DNA from: a virus
DNA: 64,000 nt
Virus record (IMG/VR): IMGVR_UViG_3300021440_000014
Location: 64,001-128,000 of that record
Direction: 5' to 3' (one strand)
Each line of letters opens with the position of its first letter. Positions within the stretch are counted from its first letter, which is position 1. Below, piece after piece: positions 1-10,552 of this stretch. Position numbers and translations under genes: made by a program. The notes beneath the pieces are model-generated. The model saw only the letters and a program-made list of their open reading frames with translations, was not told where the DNA came from and did no database searches.

Positions 1-542
1 GTATGATCAACAGTAGTAAGTCCATTAAAGTAAAATGTATTTGGTCTACCTGCTGTTCCAAATTTTCCAGAACCAGTTATATCTATATTTCCGGTTACTT
101 TAACGTTACCTACATTACCTAAATCCCCATAATTATAAGTATTACCAACAATTTTTAAATTACCTGAAACTTGGGTAATAGAATTAATATCTTTACCTAA
201 ATTAACATTGCCGCTTACTCCCAACCCTCCAGTTACTTGTATATTTCCAGAAATATTTAAATTTCCGCTTTGATTAAGGTTTCCAATTATAGTAACAGAA
301 TTACTAGAAGATTTACCAAATTTCGCATTTCCAGAACCTAAAATATCTCCAGTAACAAGTACTCTTCCAGATATTAATACGTCTCCACTATAATTAAATG
401 TTCTATTTAGGCCGGGATCATTAGAAAAAAGCTCTTTAACTTGTCTTAAGGTAGCTTTATAAGTATTAGAGCCTTGAACTAGAGCTATTGAGTCTCCAGA
501 TTGCAAAGCCGCTAACGATGGTAAATTTGAAATTGTCTTCAT
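1..542 (-). CDS. virion/tail fibre-like protein, N-terminal part (runs off window)
   Basis: Own translation MKTISNLPSLAALQSGDSIALVQG... followed by repeated G-N-x-x-I/V-S/T-G beta-helix-like units; not in the ORF track because it is truncated. Confidence 0.6.
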   Translation of the reverse strand, partial: MKTISNLPSLAALQSGDSIALVQGSNTYKATLRQVKELFSNDPGLNRTFNYSGDVLISGRVLVTGDILGSGNAKFGKSSSNSVTIIGNLNQSGNLNISGNIQVTGGLGVSGNVNLGKDINSITQVSGNLKIVGNTYNYGDLGNVGNVKVTGNIDITGSGKFGTAGRPNTFYFNGLTTVDH

Positions 543-567
543 ACCTTATGCCTATATATTTTACACG

Positions 568-2364
568 TTAAAATACTTGTGGGCCATAAAGAATAGGTTC
601 GGTAAGTAAAATATGTCCGTCTTCTGTAGTTAATTGCTCGGAATTGTCTCCACTTACTATCTCAGATTGGACGTATATTGTATCAACAACACTACCTCCA
701 ATTTGGCTCATTCCTTCTCCGTATACGGAAGCATTATTAGCTACAGCTTGTCCGCTGACTATATAATTATTTAAAATTCCACTAAGAAATAGTCCTTTTC
801 CAAAATTGTCTGGGTCTATTTCAGTATAGAAATTTAATTTTACAGTTTTCTTACTTCTTATATCTGATGAGAAATCTACAGAATTTAATTTAAGGTTCTT
901 AATATCAAAAGCTAACGCTGTTTCCTGTCCAGCATAGATTTCTGATAATGAATTTTTTATTTTAATATTCGCATCATAAGAATAGTCTAAGTATCTAAGT
1001 CTATTTAAAGAACCGTGTGCCCCAAAACCAGATACTTCTGCTTCTGGTGCGCCCGTATAGGTTTGATCTATTTGAATAATTATATATCCAAACTCTACGA
1101 CTAATCTTATATTATGGAATGTCCCGTCTGTAGCTTGAACGACTTTATAATCAGATCCGGTTTCTCCACTCGGGGTTTGTTCTACTTCAAAAAATATTCC
1201 ATCAGGCTGAGTAGTTAAATAAACCTTATATTTTTGCCCATCATCAGGACAGTTTATTATCCAATAATCTTCTGTGCCGTAAGCTGGCTCAGAACTCGTT
1301 TGATCTATGTCAAAAATATATTCCGCGCCATTAAAATAAAGTCTAAAAGCATAATATAGCCCATCTGTAGATTTAAGCCAACTGTTCGCGTAAGATATGG
1401 AAGTGAATTGATAGCTGCCAACAAGCAAGTCTCCAACTATAGCTTCTAGAGAAAGATTTACTGGTATTGGATAATTAGGTGGCCTGTCAACAGGATGTTT
1501 TTTGCCCAAGAATTGAAGCTTTTCTCTTGGAATACTTATATCTATTGAGTAATTTTGCAGCTTACAGTCTTTAAAATTAAAACCCATGTCAGGAAGAGTG
1601 GGATCATAGCCTATTCCAGTTAGAGAGAATGTTATGTCTCCGGGTTTCAGAGCCGAAGGTATTTTATCCTGATAATGTCTAGGTATTGAAACTCTGTAGT
1701 TAGAGTATTGACCTGATTTTAAATTTTGACTAAGAATTGGAACATGTAATCCACTTCCACTTATGAAATAAACTAAATCATCTGCAACAAATTTAGTTCT
1801 TACCATTGGGAAGTCACCTACCGTAGCATTATAAGATATATTTGTCAGGTAAGAATTGACGAAAGCAACTATTTCGTAGTTAAAAGAATAAGGATCTACA
1901 AAATCTTTAAGCCCATAGCCGCTAACCCCAGAAGCAAAAGTAGGAAGATAATAAGAATGGCCATCTTGCCCAGATTTATTTATGGCTATATAAAAATTCC
2001 TTCTATCCTTGTCCCTGTTTAAATCTAAATAACCAGAAAAGATACATTCTCCCGTAGGGTAAATAGCCTCACTTCCGCTTAGATTATAATTTGGGTTCAT
2101 CCCCATTTTAGCTTCATTCGAAACGCTAAACTGATAATAATCGAATTCGAAAGAGACATCTGGATGCCTATTTAAATTGCTATTTATAGATGATTTTGTT
2201 CCTAATTCGTAAATATTGCTTCTATTTAAGTCATAGCCGTAATTAAATGACTGTATTCTATATAATCGTTGCAGTAGGTGCGCTTCAGGAAGTAGAACTG
2301 CCTGAGAGTCGCTATGCGGTCCAACATAAACGTTTTGGACATTGTATAGAATTTGATTAGACAT
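568..2364 (-). CDS. putative virion structural (tail tube-like) protein
   Basis: 598 aa, beta-rich, directly downstream of the portal; has an internal three-repeat insertion. Confidence 0.45.
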   Translation of the reverse strand: MSNQILYNVQNVYVGPHSDSQAVLLPEAHLLQRLYRIQSFNYGYDLNRSNIYELGTKSSINSNLNRHPDVSFEFDYYQFSVSNEAKMGMNPNYNLSGSEAIYPTGECIFSGYLDLNRDKDRRNFYIAINKSGQDGHSYYLPTFASGVSGYGLKDFVDPYSFNYEIVAFVNSYLTNISYNATVGDFPMVRTKFVADDLVYFISGSGLHVPILSQNLKSGQYSNYRVSIPRHYQDKIPSALKPGDITFSLTGIGYDPTLPDMGFNFKDCKLQNYSIDISIPREKLQFLGKKHPVDRPPNYPIPVNLSLEAIVGDLLVGSYQFTSISYANSWLKSTDGLYYAFRLYFNGAEYIFDIDQTSSEPAYGTEDYWIINCPDDGQKYKVYLTTQPDGIFFEVEQTPSGETGSDYKVVQATDGTFHNIRLVVEFGYIIIQIDQTYTGAPEAEVSGFGAHGSLNRLRYLDYSYDANIKIKNSLSEIYAGQETALAFDIKNLKLNSVDFSSDIRSKKTVKLNFYTEIDPDNFGKGLFLSGILNNYIVSGQAVANNASVYGEGMSQIGGSVVDTIYVQSEIVSGDNSEQLTTEDGHILLTEPILYGPQVF

Positions 2365-4390
2365 TTTTACTATGATATAATAATGTAGCTAAAAATTCAT
2401 CTATATCATGCTCGCATCTTATGTCATCGATTTGCTTGCATGTCTCTTCGTTTTTATCAGGCAAATTTTTAATATAACTAGCTATAACTTTTTCATCATT
2501 CCATTTTTCAGGAGATTCATTAATCCTGACAATAGAGCATAACTCGTCAACTAATAACCTTTGATTTTCATTTATGTCTTTCACTCCATAAATGCTTTTG
2601 ACTTTTTCCTCCGTTAACTGCTCTAACTTAGAAGATACGGCCATTATATCTTTAATTTTACTTAAACTATAAGATGTAAACGCCGATTCGGATGCGCCAA
2701 CTTTACCCGGTTTCTTAGGGGAAGATGTTCCAGAAGGTCTTCCTTTTGGGGCGGCTGGATTGGCGGGTTGCTTATAAATATTTGGATTTTCAGCAATATG
2801 TTTAAGCTCCCTAGAGTGCTTCTTATCATCCAAAGCCATCTTATCTTTTTCAAGAGACTGCTGGCTTTTAAGAGAATCCTCCTGCATTTTCTTTTGAGAA
2901 AACGGACCACCAACAATAGGTTCATAGAACCCTTTATCTTTATGGGATCTAAATTCTTTCTGGTTTTCTAACGACTCTTCTTTTGAGGGTAATCTTCCTT
3001 CCTCAATACAATCCAGTGTCTCTGAGGGTGTTAGGATTCCTAATTCTGCAAGTCTTGTATAAATTTTCGCATACTCAAGGCTATCTTTAAGTTCGATATC
3101 TTCAAAATATGGAGTAGGATAATTCTTAAGCCCTAATTCTTTAGATATTCTGATAATTTCAGGCAATAAGAATTCCTCAATAAAGGATTGTCTCGCCTGT
3201 CTAAGCCTTTCCACGAAAACATCTATTTTAACACTTGCATTTGCAAATTTATCTTCTGAATTTATAAGTAGATTGTTTAGACCTTCTCTAATATCTCTAT
3301 CTACAACAGCATATTTTTTAGGATCTAGAAGACTAGCCACATCTGGAATTACCCATTCTGCTTTAGTAGTATAGTCTGCGACTAATACTCTTGCAACGGA
3401 TTCGTTCTGGAAAAATCTTTGGATGGCTTCGATATGTTTCTGGTTAACTCCTCCTTTTTCTGGTTCTGCGCCCATTGTTACAAGTAATATTACTTGATTC
3501 AATGTTCTCATTACTGCCATGTCCATTTTCTTCATTTCAGTTTTCCAGTTTATGTCCGAAAGGACTGGATATCCCATTGGAACCGAAAAAGGCTCATAGT
3601 CTTGCTTCTTATAAAAGATGGCGGAAATTTCATCCTTATCTAAAGGAAGTAATACTTCTAAAGTTGAAGAGTTTTTAATTTTACTTACAATTTCTTTTGG
3701 AAGCCTATTTAAAACAGCCTTATCTTCTTCAGTTTTTGGCTTTTTAAGTCTTTCAAGCTCATAGTCAGAAATTCTTTTGTAGTAAATCGCGCTAGCAAAA
3801 GATATATTTCCGCCTACTTTAATGTCAGCGGGATTAAGTATTATATATTTAACTGGAATAGTTACTGTTTCAGCTTTAGAAACGGAAAGTCCATAGACTT
3901 GATTCATTTTTTTAAGAGCTTCAATCTCTATCTCTCCTATCATCCTGTAAATGAATACGTTTCCAGATCTGTAATACTCCCTAAAGAACTTATCTTGCAA
4001 AGAATTTATATTTATCTTAGAAAACAAAGCTTCAAAGAAGTCTCTAGATTTTTTGCTACCATTTTTGAAGAATATTTTACTGGTAGAAAATTCTGTCATT
4101 AAATCTATGGTATTTCTAAAGATTGAAAAGTTATAATATGCTTTTTGACATAAAATAACTGCATCCCTAATATCCATATTTGAAGATCCATAGTCAGAAG
4201 AGCTATGAGACTTAAATGGAATGATGCCGTTTTCTATATTAGCAAATTCATTACTTCTAGGGAGGATGCCTGCCAAATTCTTTCTTTTTGGCGAATCAGT
4301 ATTAGCGATAATAACCTCCAGAGGTCCGCCAACCGCTTCCTCTGCATCAGTCAACAACGAAGATATATTACCTTTTGCCTTTCTTTTCAT
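2357..4390 (-). CDS. portal protein
   Basis: 677 aa next to the terminase; helical core (IFRNTIDLMTEF, FFREYYRSGNVF) and low-complexity C-terminus. Confidence 0.7.
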   Translation of the reverse strand: MKRKAKGNISSLLTDAEEAVGGPLEVIIANTDSPKRKNLAGILPRSNEFANIENGIIPFKSHSSSDYGSSNMDIRDAVILCQKAYYNFSIFRNTIDLMTEFSTSKIFFKNGSKKSRDFFEALFSKININSLQDKFFREYYRSGNVFIYRMIGEIEIEALKKMNQVYGLSVSKAETVTIPVKYIILNPADIKVGGNISFASAIYYKRISDYELERLKKPKTEEDKAVLNRLPKEIVSKIKNSSTLEVLLPLDKDEISAIFYKKQDYEPFSVPMGYPVLSDINWKTEMKKMDMAVMRTLNQVILLVTMGAEPEKGGVNQKHIEAIQRFFQNESVARVLVADYTTKAEWVIPDVASLLDPKKYAVVDRDIREGLNNLLINSEDKFANASVKIDVFVERLRQARQSFIEEFLLPEIIRISKELGLKNYPTPYFEDIELKDSLEYAKIYTRLAELGILTPSETLDCIEEGRLPSKEESLENQKEFRSHKDKGFYEPIVGGPFSQKKMQEDSLKSQQSLEKDKMALDDKKHSRELKHIAENPNIYKQPANPAAPKGRPSGTSSPKKPGKVGASESAFTSYSLSKIKDIMAVSSKLEQLTEEKVKSIYGVKDINENQRLLVDELCSIVRINESPEKWNDEKVIASYIKNLPDKNEETCKQIDDIRCEHDIDEFLATLLYHSKNV

Positions 4391-4419
4391 AAAATCTATT
4401 TAATTTACACTTTTTATGG

Positions 4420-6255
4420 TTACTTTATAAAAATTGGAGCAAAACTATAATTAATATCTTCCTGCACCACATTATTCATATTATTATATATCTTCATGCC
4501 CCAAACTCCCAACATTAATGTTGTATAGTTATCTTTTCTTGCCCTATTAGGATCTTTACTCTTTTTAAGATGGGATGGAAGCTCAAAAGTAAGGTGGCCT
4601 CTAGCTGAGGTTTTAACTTCTATAAGAGCGCACTGCTTTTTTACTGAATGTATTAGCTCATCTTGGTAGTCTATTAATTCCCCAACATCTTTAAAGTCCG
4701 TTAACTCCAAAGGAACTCTAGAACTGCTAACTTTTTCGAAAATAGAGCCGTCAGGATTTATTTTTGAGCCAAACCATATCTTTTTATAATCTATAGCTGC
4801 CTGTAGGTTCTCATTACCTCTTCTTACAAACTCTACAGAGAAATGCTGTTTAATACAAATTCTTCTAGCTTCCCTGTTATAAGATCTTTTTACCTTTTTC
4901 ACCATTTCCTCATACTCAACACCTTCCAAGTCAGAGTCCCATTCTTCTATAAATTTTAATTCTATTTTATTCTTAATGGCAACATCGCTATTATTAAAAC
5001 TTGGAATAAAATTTCCATCTGCTGAGTCTGTAACAATTAAAATAGGATCGAATGCCTCAAGTAAATAATAGAAATAGTCCAAATGGTCCTTTAAGTCGCC
5101 ACCGGCATTTGCATAGTTGTGAACAACTGTTCCTATTTCTGGATTTTCGTCTATTTCTATGACTGCCATAGCAAAATAATCAGCCGCTTGGCTGTTGCTC
5201 AAGTTAGGATCAATTGATAAAATATATTTTTTGTTCTTTTCTCCTATTAGCTTAAGGTGAGGATATTCGCCATCTGGAATCGTGCATTCTTGCATCTTTT
5301 TCGCACTGAAATAACCATCACTTCCGTCTGTAAATTGAGCGCAATACTCTCTAAGGAAAGAAGGGTTTTCTAAGCCACCAGACATAGCCTCTTCAATGAC
5401 TGATTTTTCCACCATGTATGAAGGAATAGCATTAAAAGCAATTTGAGAAACAAAATAGGTAGACTCTCTTTTTTGATCGTCATATATATTTGCCATCCAC
5501 TCCTTATAAGTTTTATAAAGGTTCTCAAAAGTAAAACTCGCAGAAGAAAGGGCTATCATTTGTGCCGTATTACCAAATACAGTCCTATCTGACTCCTTCA
5601 TTTCTCCTGACGCTATTAATTCACTTTCTATTTCTATTATCTCCTGTCTTTCTCCGATGTTCTGAGGAGCCACTAAGAAGGGAAGTAAAACGTTTTTAAT
5701 CATTTCTTCACTTAGTAGCAAAAATTCGTCAAGGATTAGAACATTACATCTAAAACCACGAATCTTTTCTCCGTTTAATGGAATGGCTACAATAGATCCA
5801 CCATTGACACTCCAAGAAAGCAAGTCATTTCTATGGGCGGGTTCATTACAGAAAGCCTGCGCGAGCAATTTAGCGTTTGGGCTATTAACTATCTTTTCTA
5901 GTTCTGTAAAAATATTTCTAGCCGTTCTAAAAGTAGGACCAGCTATGAGTATTTTAGTTCTTGGCTCAAATATACATTTTAAAAAGCAGTATATAGCCGC
6001 CATTGTGCTTTTACCGGCACCACGTCCCCATACATTTAAACAGTAGTTCCTATTAAACCAAGCTTTAAGAATTATCTCTTGATATTCTGCCGGTCTAAAT
6101 CCACTTAGTATTTCAGTGGCAAGTCCCAGATTGTTTCTTAGAAAATTAGCAAGAAAAATTTTAGCATCCTTATCAGAAAGCTCTCCTTTTATCTTCAGAA
6201 ACTCTTCGTTTTTATCAGGAAGGTTTCTTTTATATTTTTCTGGTTCATACCACAT
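4420..6255 (-). CDS. terL: terminase large subunit
   Basis: Walker A GRGAGKS, Walker B LILDE, FLREYCAQF, RNase H-like nuclease motifs (LSIDP ... KDNYT). Confidence 0.9.
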   Translation of the reverse strand: MWYEPEKYKRNLPDKNEEFLKIKGELSDKDAKIFLANFLRNNLGLATEILSGFRPAEYQEIILKAWFNRNYCLNVWGRGAGKSTMAAIYCFLKCIFEPRTKILIAGPTFRTARNIFTELEKIVNSPNAKLLAQAFCNEPAHRNDLLSWSVNGGSIVAIPLNGEKIRGFRCNVLILDEFLLLSEEMIKNVLLPFLVAPQNIGERQEIIEIESELIASGEMKESDRTVFGNTAQMIALSSASFTFENLYKTYKEWMANIYDDQKRESTYFVSQIAFNAIPSYMVEKSVIEEAMSGGLENPSFLREYCAQFTDGSDGYFSAKKMQECTIPDGEYPHLKLIGEKNKKYILSIDPNLSNSQAADYFAMAVIEIDENPEIGTVVHNYANAGGDLKDHLDYFYYLLEAFDPILIVTDSADGNFIPSFNNSDVAIKNKIELKFIEEWDSDLEGVEYEEMVKKVKRSYNREARRICIKQHFSVEFVRRGNENLQAAIDYKKIWFGSKINPDGSIFEKVSSSRVPLELTDFKDVGELIDYQDELIHSVKKQCALIEVKTSARGHLTFELPSHLKKSKDPNRARKDNYTTLMLGVWGMKIYNNMNNVVQEDINYSFAPIFIK

Positions 6256-6257
6256 AA

Positions 6258-7193
6258 TTATAACTCTTTCAAATCATATTCTAGTTGTAAATCATATTTT
6301 AAATGAAGATTTCCAAAGTATAGAATCTTTTCTACAAGCCTAGACGCCTCGCTTCTACTATCTACAAATAGAAATTGAATATTTTTATTTGACTGCATTA
6401 AGGATCTTACGTTATGAAAAACATATTCTTCAGTAACTAAAAGTCTTGGCGAAATTAAATTCCTTTTCTTAAAATTCAAGGCATCGTTAGAAGACTGCTC
6501 AACCAAAACGACTAAATAGCAGTTGGCATTTGTCGCTCTATCTAGTTCTCTTTTAAATCTATCAAATCCAGTTGAGAAAGTTGAAACAAAATCAGATAAG
6601 CTTTTTCTCTCAATTGCGAGTTTTTGAGGCAATGGATCTTTTTCTAATTTATAATCCCCATAAGGAAGGCTAGATATTTTTTTCTTTATCTCGTATCTGA
6701 AAAACAAAGGAGACTGCTCTCTAGTATCTATAAGTATTGGGTTTGAATCTTTATTAGTTTCTATCACTTCTGTTTTTAATGATAGTCTATTAATAAGTCC
6801 AAGATTTTCGAAAAATTGAATGTAATTAGGGATTATCTTTTTTATAGTGATTAACGAAGGACACATTAAACTCTTAAGTTCTACTTGTGAAGGAATAAAA
6901 ACTAAACCTTTCCTCTCTATTCTTTCGCGAACGAAAGATTCTATGAACTTAATCTGGTTTTCTAAGTCTGAAGAATTAAACCAGATTTTTAGATTGTCTT
7001 TACAAAGGAAATCCGTAGTTAAATACTGCTCTCTATTTTTAAATGGTATTGGTTCTCCGGTAAGTAGGTCTTTTTTAGAATAGTATTTTAAATAATATTC
7101 CTCTATTTTAATCTTATGGGATTTAAGATGCCCATGTAATTCTCTTTCCTTACTAAAAATAGACTGACACACTAAACATTTTATATCATCCAT
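6258..7193 (-). CDS. ERCC4/XPF-type nuclease with N-terminal C2H2 zinc finger
   Basis: CLVC...H..H; IDTREQ, GDY and ERKSLSD motifs. Confidence 0.8.
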   Translation of the reverse strand: MDDIKCLVCQSIFSKERELHGHLKSHKIKIEEYYLKYYSKKDLLTGEPIPFKNREQYLTTDFLCKDNLKIWFNSSDLENQIKFIESFVRERIERKGLVFIPSQVELKSLMCPSLITIKKIIPNYIQFFENLGLINRLSLKTEVIETNKDSNPILIDTREQSPLFFRYEIKKKISSLPYGDYKLEKDPLPQKLAIERKSLSDFVSTFSTGFDRFKRELDRATNANCYLVVLVEQSSNDALNFKKRNLISPRLLVTEEYVFHNVRSLMQSNKNIQFLFVDSRSEASRLVEKILYFGNLHLKYDLQLEYDLKEL

Positions 7194-8331
7194 TTAAAAT
7201 CTCGTTTTCAGTTATTCCTACTATTCTTGATTTTAGCTCATCCATCGTCATGAACTCACTAATAGTTTTTTTAACTCCTTCTTGTCTTTTCTGTGCAAGC
7301 TTAATTAATTTTACCCTACTCTCTTCCTGTTTTGCTAATTCTACCAAGTTTAATATGCTTGCTTGACCCTCTTTGCCTTTTCCTTCTTTTTCGCTTCTTT
7401 TCATTTTGAGCGAATCAAGAAGTTTCTGTTGCCTAGAAATACATGCGTTATATTCAGACTGAGTTTTGCCAATAGCCTCAACCCAACTCATAGATATAGA
7501 CTTATCTTCGTTATTAGTTGCGTCATCCAGTTTATTATTCAGTAACTCAAGTCTTCTCTGAATACTCGCCGCTATAACTACTTCAGTTGCAAGAACGGTA
7601 TATTGATCTACCTCTTCCTGAGCTAAATCGAATTTATCATAAGTGTATCTTAAAAAAGTGCTCTCAAATAAATCTCTATCTTTCTGGCTCGAATAACTAT
7701 TTATCTGTTGCAGGAACCTAAAGTTATTCATGTAGCCCAAAAGAGAATTTATATCTTTCTTCTGTTTTCCCGTTAGCGAGCTTTTATCTATTCCATGAAA
7801 AATGTATTTATTTATTCTAGTCAGCACCCCTTCTGGAGTTCTCGGGGCACTGTAATCCCCTTCTGGGGTATTTTCGTCTATGTTAAGGAAGGACTCTGGA
7901 AATGTTTGTCTAGCATAGCTGGCAACAGTCCTAGTCTCTGTATCTAAATTCGTTAGTGCTCTTTTATTGAAAAGAATCTTCGCAATCTCTAATGAGTTAA
8001 GTGCTTTTTCGTCTAACGGGTGAGCGGCTTTATGATTATTATCAATAAAGTCTTTTTGTTCCTGAGTTAACTCTATTAAACCTTTTGGTTTATATTTACT
8101 TTTAGGTAAATCTACTCCAGAGCTAGATAATTTCTTTTTTATTGCCCTGCCTTCTTTGCTTCTTCCATCCAAATCTTTTCTTCCAAAAGCTATCTCTATT
8201 AGCTCAGGTATGGATGGAGGATTTTCTTTTCTAGAATTCCATTCTCTAGCTACGGCTTGCCATTGCAAATCAGTAAGAACTATTTCCTCTTCTAAGGCAT
8301 TATTAAAACCTTGTTCATTTGGCTCAATCAT
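7186..8331 (-). CDS. hypothetical coiled-coil protein (possible terminase small subunit)
   Basis: 381 aa, helical, upstream of the nuclease and terL; function inferred from position only. Confidence 0.35.
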   Translation of the reverse strand: MIEPNEQGFNNALEEEIVLTDLQWQAVAREWNSRKENPPSIPELIEIAFGRKDLDGRSKEGRAIKKKLSSSGVDLPKSKYKPKGLIELTQEQKDFIDNNHKAAHPLDEKALNSLEIAKILFNKRALTNLDTETRTVASYARQTFPESFLNIDENTPEGDYSAPRTPEGVLTRINKYIFHGIDKSSLTGKQKKDINSLLGYMNNFRFLQQINSYSSQKDRDLFESTFLRYTYDKFDLAQEEVDQYTVLATEVVIAASIQRRLELLNNKLDDATNNEDKSISMSWVEAIGKTQSEYNACISRQQKLLDSLKMKRSEKEGKGKEGQASILNLVELAKQEESRVKLIKLAQKRQEGVKKTISEFMTMDELKSRIVGITENEILNG

Positions 8332-9038
8332 ACTATGTCAATCTCCCCATCTTTCAGACATTTTTTAACCTTGTCTATAATTTTCTTTTGTATGTTTTTA
8401 AGTTGCTTATAGCCGGGGCTTCTTCCTTTTTCCGTGGTCTTATACCCCATTAACTTAGCAGTCTCGTCTTCTGTCTTATGATGTATATAAAGATATTCGT
8501 AAACTTTATACTCAGAGGCTTTAAGAACTGTTTTCATTTTAGCATGAATGTTCTGAGCCGTTTTTTCTACATCTATAGCTTCTTGAGGCTTATCAAAAAC
8601 TTCCTGAGAGTGAAGTTCTAATGAAACTGGAAGTTTTGTTTCGTAAGCATTCTTTTTGGATTTTTCCCAATTGCTAAAAGCAGGACAATTGCTGCATTGC
8701 TTTTCATAAATTTTGCATCCATCCTCACCTTCAGCGGCTTCGCACTTCAAACATGGTCTACAATAGTTACCATAATTATTACGAATTATGTTTTTAATTT
8801 GGTTAGATATGGCTCTATTGACCCAAGGACCAAGGGGTCTTTGAGGGTCATATAAGTGCCACTTTTTACAAAGGTGAATTCTAAGAATTTGAGAAACATC
8901 ATCAAAATCAAACCAAGGAAGAATGGATAATGTCCATTTACTTTTCCTTTTACTGATTTCTTTGTTTATAAATTCTAAATTACCCTCAAACGTGTTACTT
9001 TTTTGGTCTAAGTGATCCGGCTTCTTGTCTATACTCAT
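8328..9038 (-). CDS. phage sigma70-like factor with Cys-rich insertion
   Basis: Region 2-like DFDDVSQILRIHL...W...WVNRAISNQIKN; C-terminal HTH (EDETAKLMGY); CRPCLKC..C..C..C insert. Confidence 0.65.
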   Translation of the reverse strand: MSIDKKPDHLDQKSNTFEGNLEFINKEISKRKSKWTLSILPWFDFDDVSQILRIHLCKKWHLYDPQRPLGPWVNRAISNQIKNIIRNNYGNYCRPCLKCEAAEGEDGCKIYEKQCSNCPAFSNWEKSKKNAYETKLPVSLELHSQEVFDKPQEAIDVEKTAQNIHAKMKTVLKASEYKVYEYLYIHHKTEDETAKLMGYKTTEKGRSPGYKQLKNIQKKIIDKVKKCLKDGEIDIV

Positions 9039-9441
9039 TTAAAATTTGTTTTTTATTGATTTTAATCTTTGTAGAAGGAGATACGGGAGACGGAGTTCCT
9101 CCACCTGAAGAAGCCAAAGCTCCTACAGTAAGTTTATTCTCTTTTGGCATGGTTATCTCTACGCTAAGTCCATTTATCTCTGGAACAGTTTCTATAATAT
9201 CATCTGTCCCAGATACTTCATCATCCTCATCATCTATATCGTCCGCAATTACTCTTTGCGGAGGTCTTTTCAGGGTAGGTTTAGGGATGTTCCTACTAAA
9301 GGAAGGTTTTGGCTGAGTTTGTTGAGGTTCCTCAGTTGTTTTAGCATTCGATGTCAGGTTAGAAAATGGTTTCCCACACCCCATGCAAAAATTAGCAAGT
9401 AACTCATTAGGTTTACCACATACACAATATTTCTTTGACAT
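8995..9441 (-). CDS. zinc-ribbon protein
   Basis: YCVCG...FCMGCG N-terminus, acidic linker. Confidence 0.6.
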   Translation of the reverse strand: MSKKYCVCGKPNELLANFCMGCGKPFSNLTSNAKTTEEPQQTQPKPSFSRNIPKPTLKRPPQRVIADDIDDEDDEVSGTDDIIETVPEINGLSVEITMPKENKLTVGALASSGGGTPSPVSPSTKIKINKKQILNEYRQEAGSLRPKK

Positions 9442-9506
9442 AGCTCTATATTTAATTATAGATTACACTTTTCAAAAATCTAATATATAATCGTGTAAAA
9501 CAGGTA

Positions 9507-9824
9507 ATGAAGCCATTTTTAGAATATAAAAATGCAGAAGGGGTAAAATACGCAATGTATTTTAAGAAACCTACTATCGTAAAATATAAAAATAAGAAAA
9601 GGATAGTTACTGAATTAGATGGTAGCTGCGAGTCTCCAGATTGCAAAAATCCAGAAATAAATATAAATAAAAAGCTAGGAGACAGAAGGGAAATGGCAGT
9701 AATAATTGAAGAGATAGTCCATTCTTTCTTTTTTGATAAACTCGAAAAAGAAGTAAGACCTTTGGCTAGTGTAATAACCAAGGTCTTATACAAAAAAGGA
9801 TGGAGAAAAAAGAAACTTAAGTAA
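9507..9824 (+). CDS. hypothetical protein (degenerate zincin-like EEIVH)
   Basis: ORF preceded by a GTGTAA motif. Confidence 0.45.
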   Translation: MKPFLEYKNAEGVKYAMYFKKPTIVKYKNKKRIVTELDGSCESPDCKNPEININKKLGDRREMAVIIEEIVHSFFFDKLEKEVRPLASVITKVLYKKGWRKKKLK

Positions 9825-10539
9825 GTGGAGTATTATTTAATTTACCTACTATAAATTTAACGATTTCACTTCTTACAATATCTTCCTGTTCTAACTTAAA
9901 GCAGAATATACCGTTTTTACGACTCTCTTCATCATTAAAAAGATTTATCATTTTAAAGAATCCAGATTTTCCATTGATATCAGATTGGAAACTGTCTCCG
10001 CAGACTATAAGTTTAGAGAACTTTCCTATTCTTGTTAAAAGAGTAACAAGTTCTTTATATTCGAAGTTTTGAGCCTCGTCCGCAAACAAATAATTCGCAT
10101 TAAAGCTGCACCCTCTAAGATAGTTAACAGGTATAGCTCTAACTCTTTCATCTTTAATTAAACCATCCACTTCTCCCTTTGATAAAAACTCGTCTAGCTT
10201 TTCCTGTAAAGGAGTAATAAAAGGTTTAAACTTATCACAGAATTCGCCGGGGAGATAACCCAATCCTTTTGCGGCACTTTCAATGACAGTTCTAAAGTAG
10301 ATGATTTCTGATATCTTTTTATCAGAAAGCATTTGTAGCCCACAATACGTAGATAAGAAAGTCTTGCTTGTGCCCGCGACTCCATCAATAAATACAACTT
10401 TAGTATCCTTATCTAAAATGCATTTTATTATTTCTTGCTGTTTTGAAGTCCAGTCGTAGAGTTTCCTTATGGTGAGTGATGTTTTAAGTTTGTCCCTTTG
10501 CGGGATTCTTACATTTCCAGAAGCGTCTTTTTTAGACAT
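9817..10539 (-). CDS. phoH: PhoH-family ATPase
   Basis: GVAGTSKT, LGYLPG, YLRG, DEAQN, LLTRIG, GDSFQSD; start moved to MSKKDASG (10539). Confidence 0.92.
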   Translation of the reverse strand: MSKKDASGNVRIPQRDKLKTSLTIRKLYDWTSKQQEIIKCILDKDTKVVFIDGVAGTSKTFLSTYCGLQMLSDKKISEIIYFRTVIESAAKGLGYLPGEFCDKFKPFITPLQEKLDEFLSKGEVDGLIKDERVRAIPVNYLRGCSFNANYLFADEAQNFEYKELVTLLTRIGKFSKLIVCGDSFQSDINGKSGFFKMINLFNDEESRKNGIFCFKLEQEDIVRSEIVKFIVGKLNNTPLT

Positions 10540-10552
10540 ATCTATTAATATA

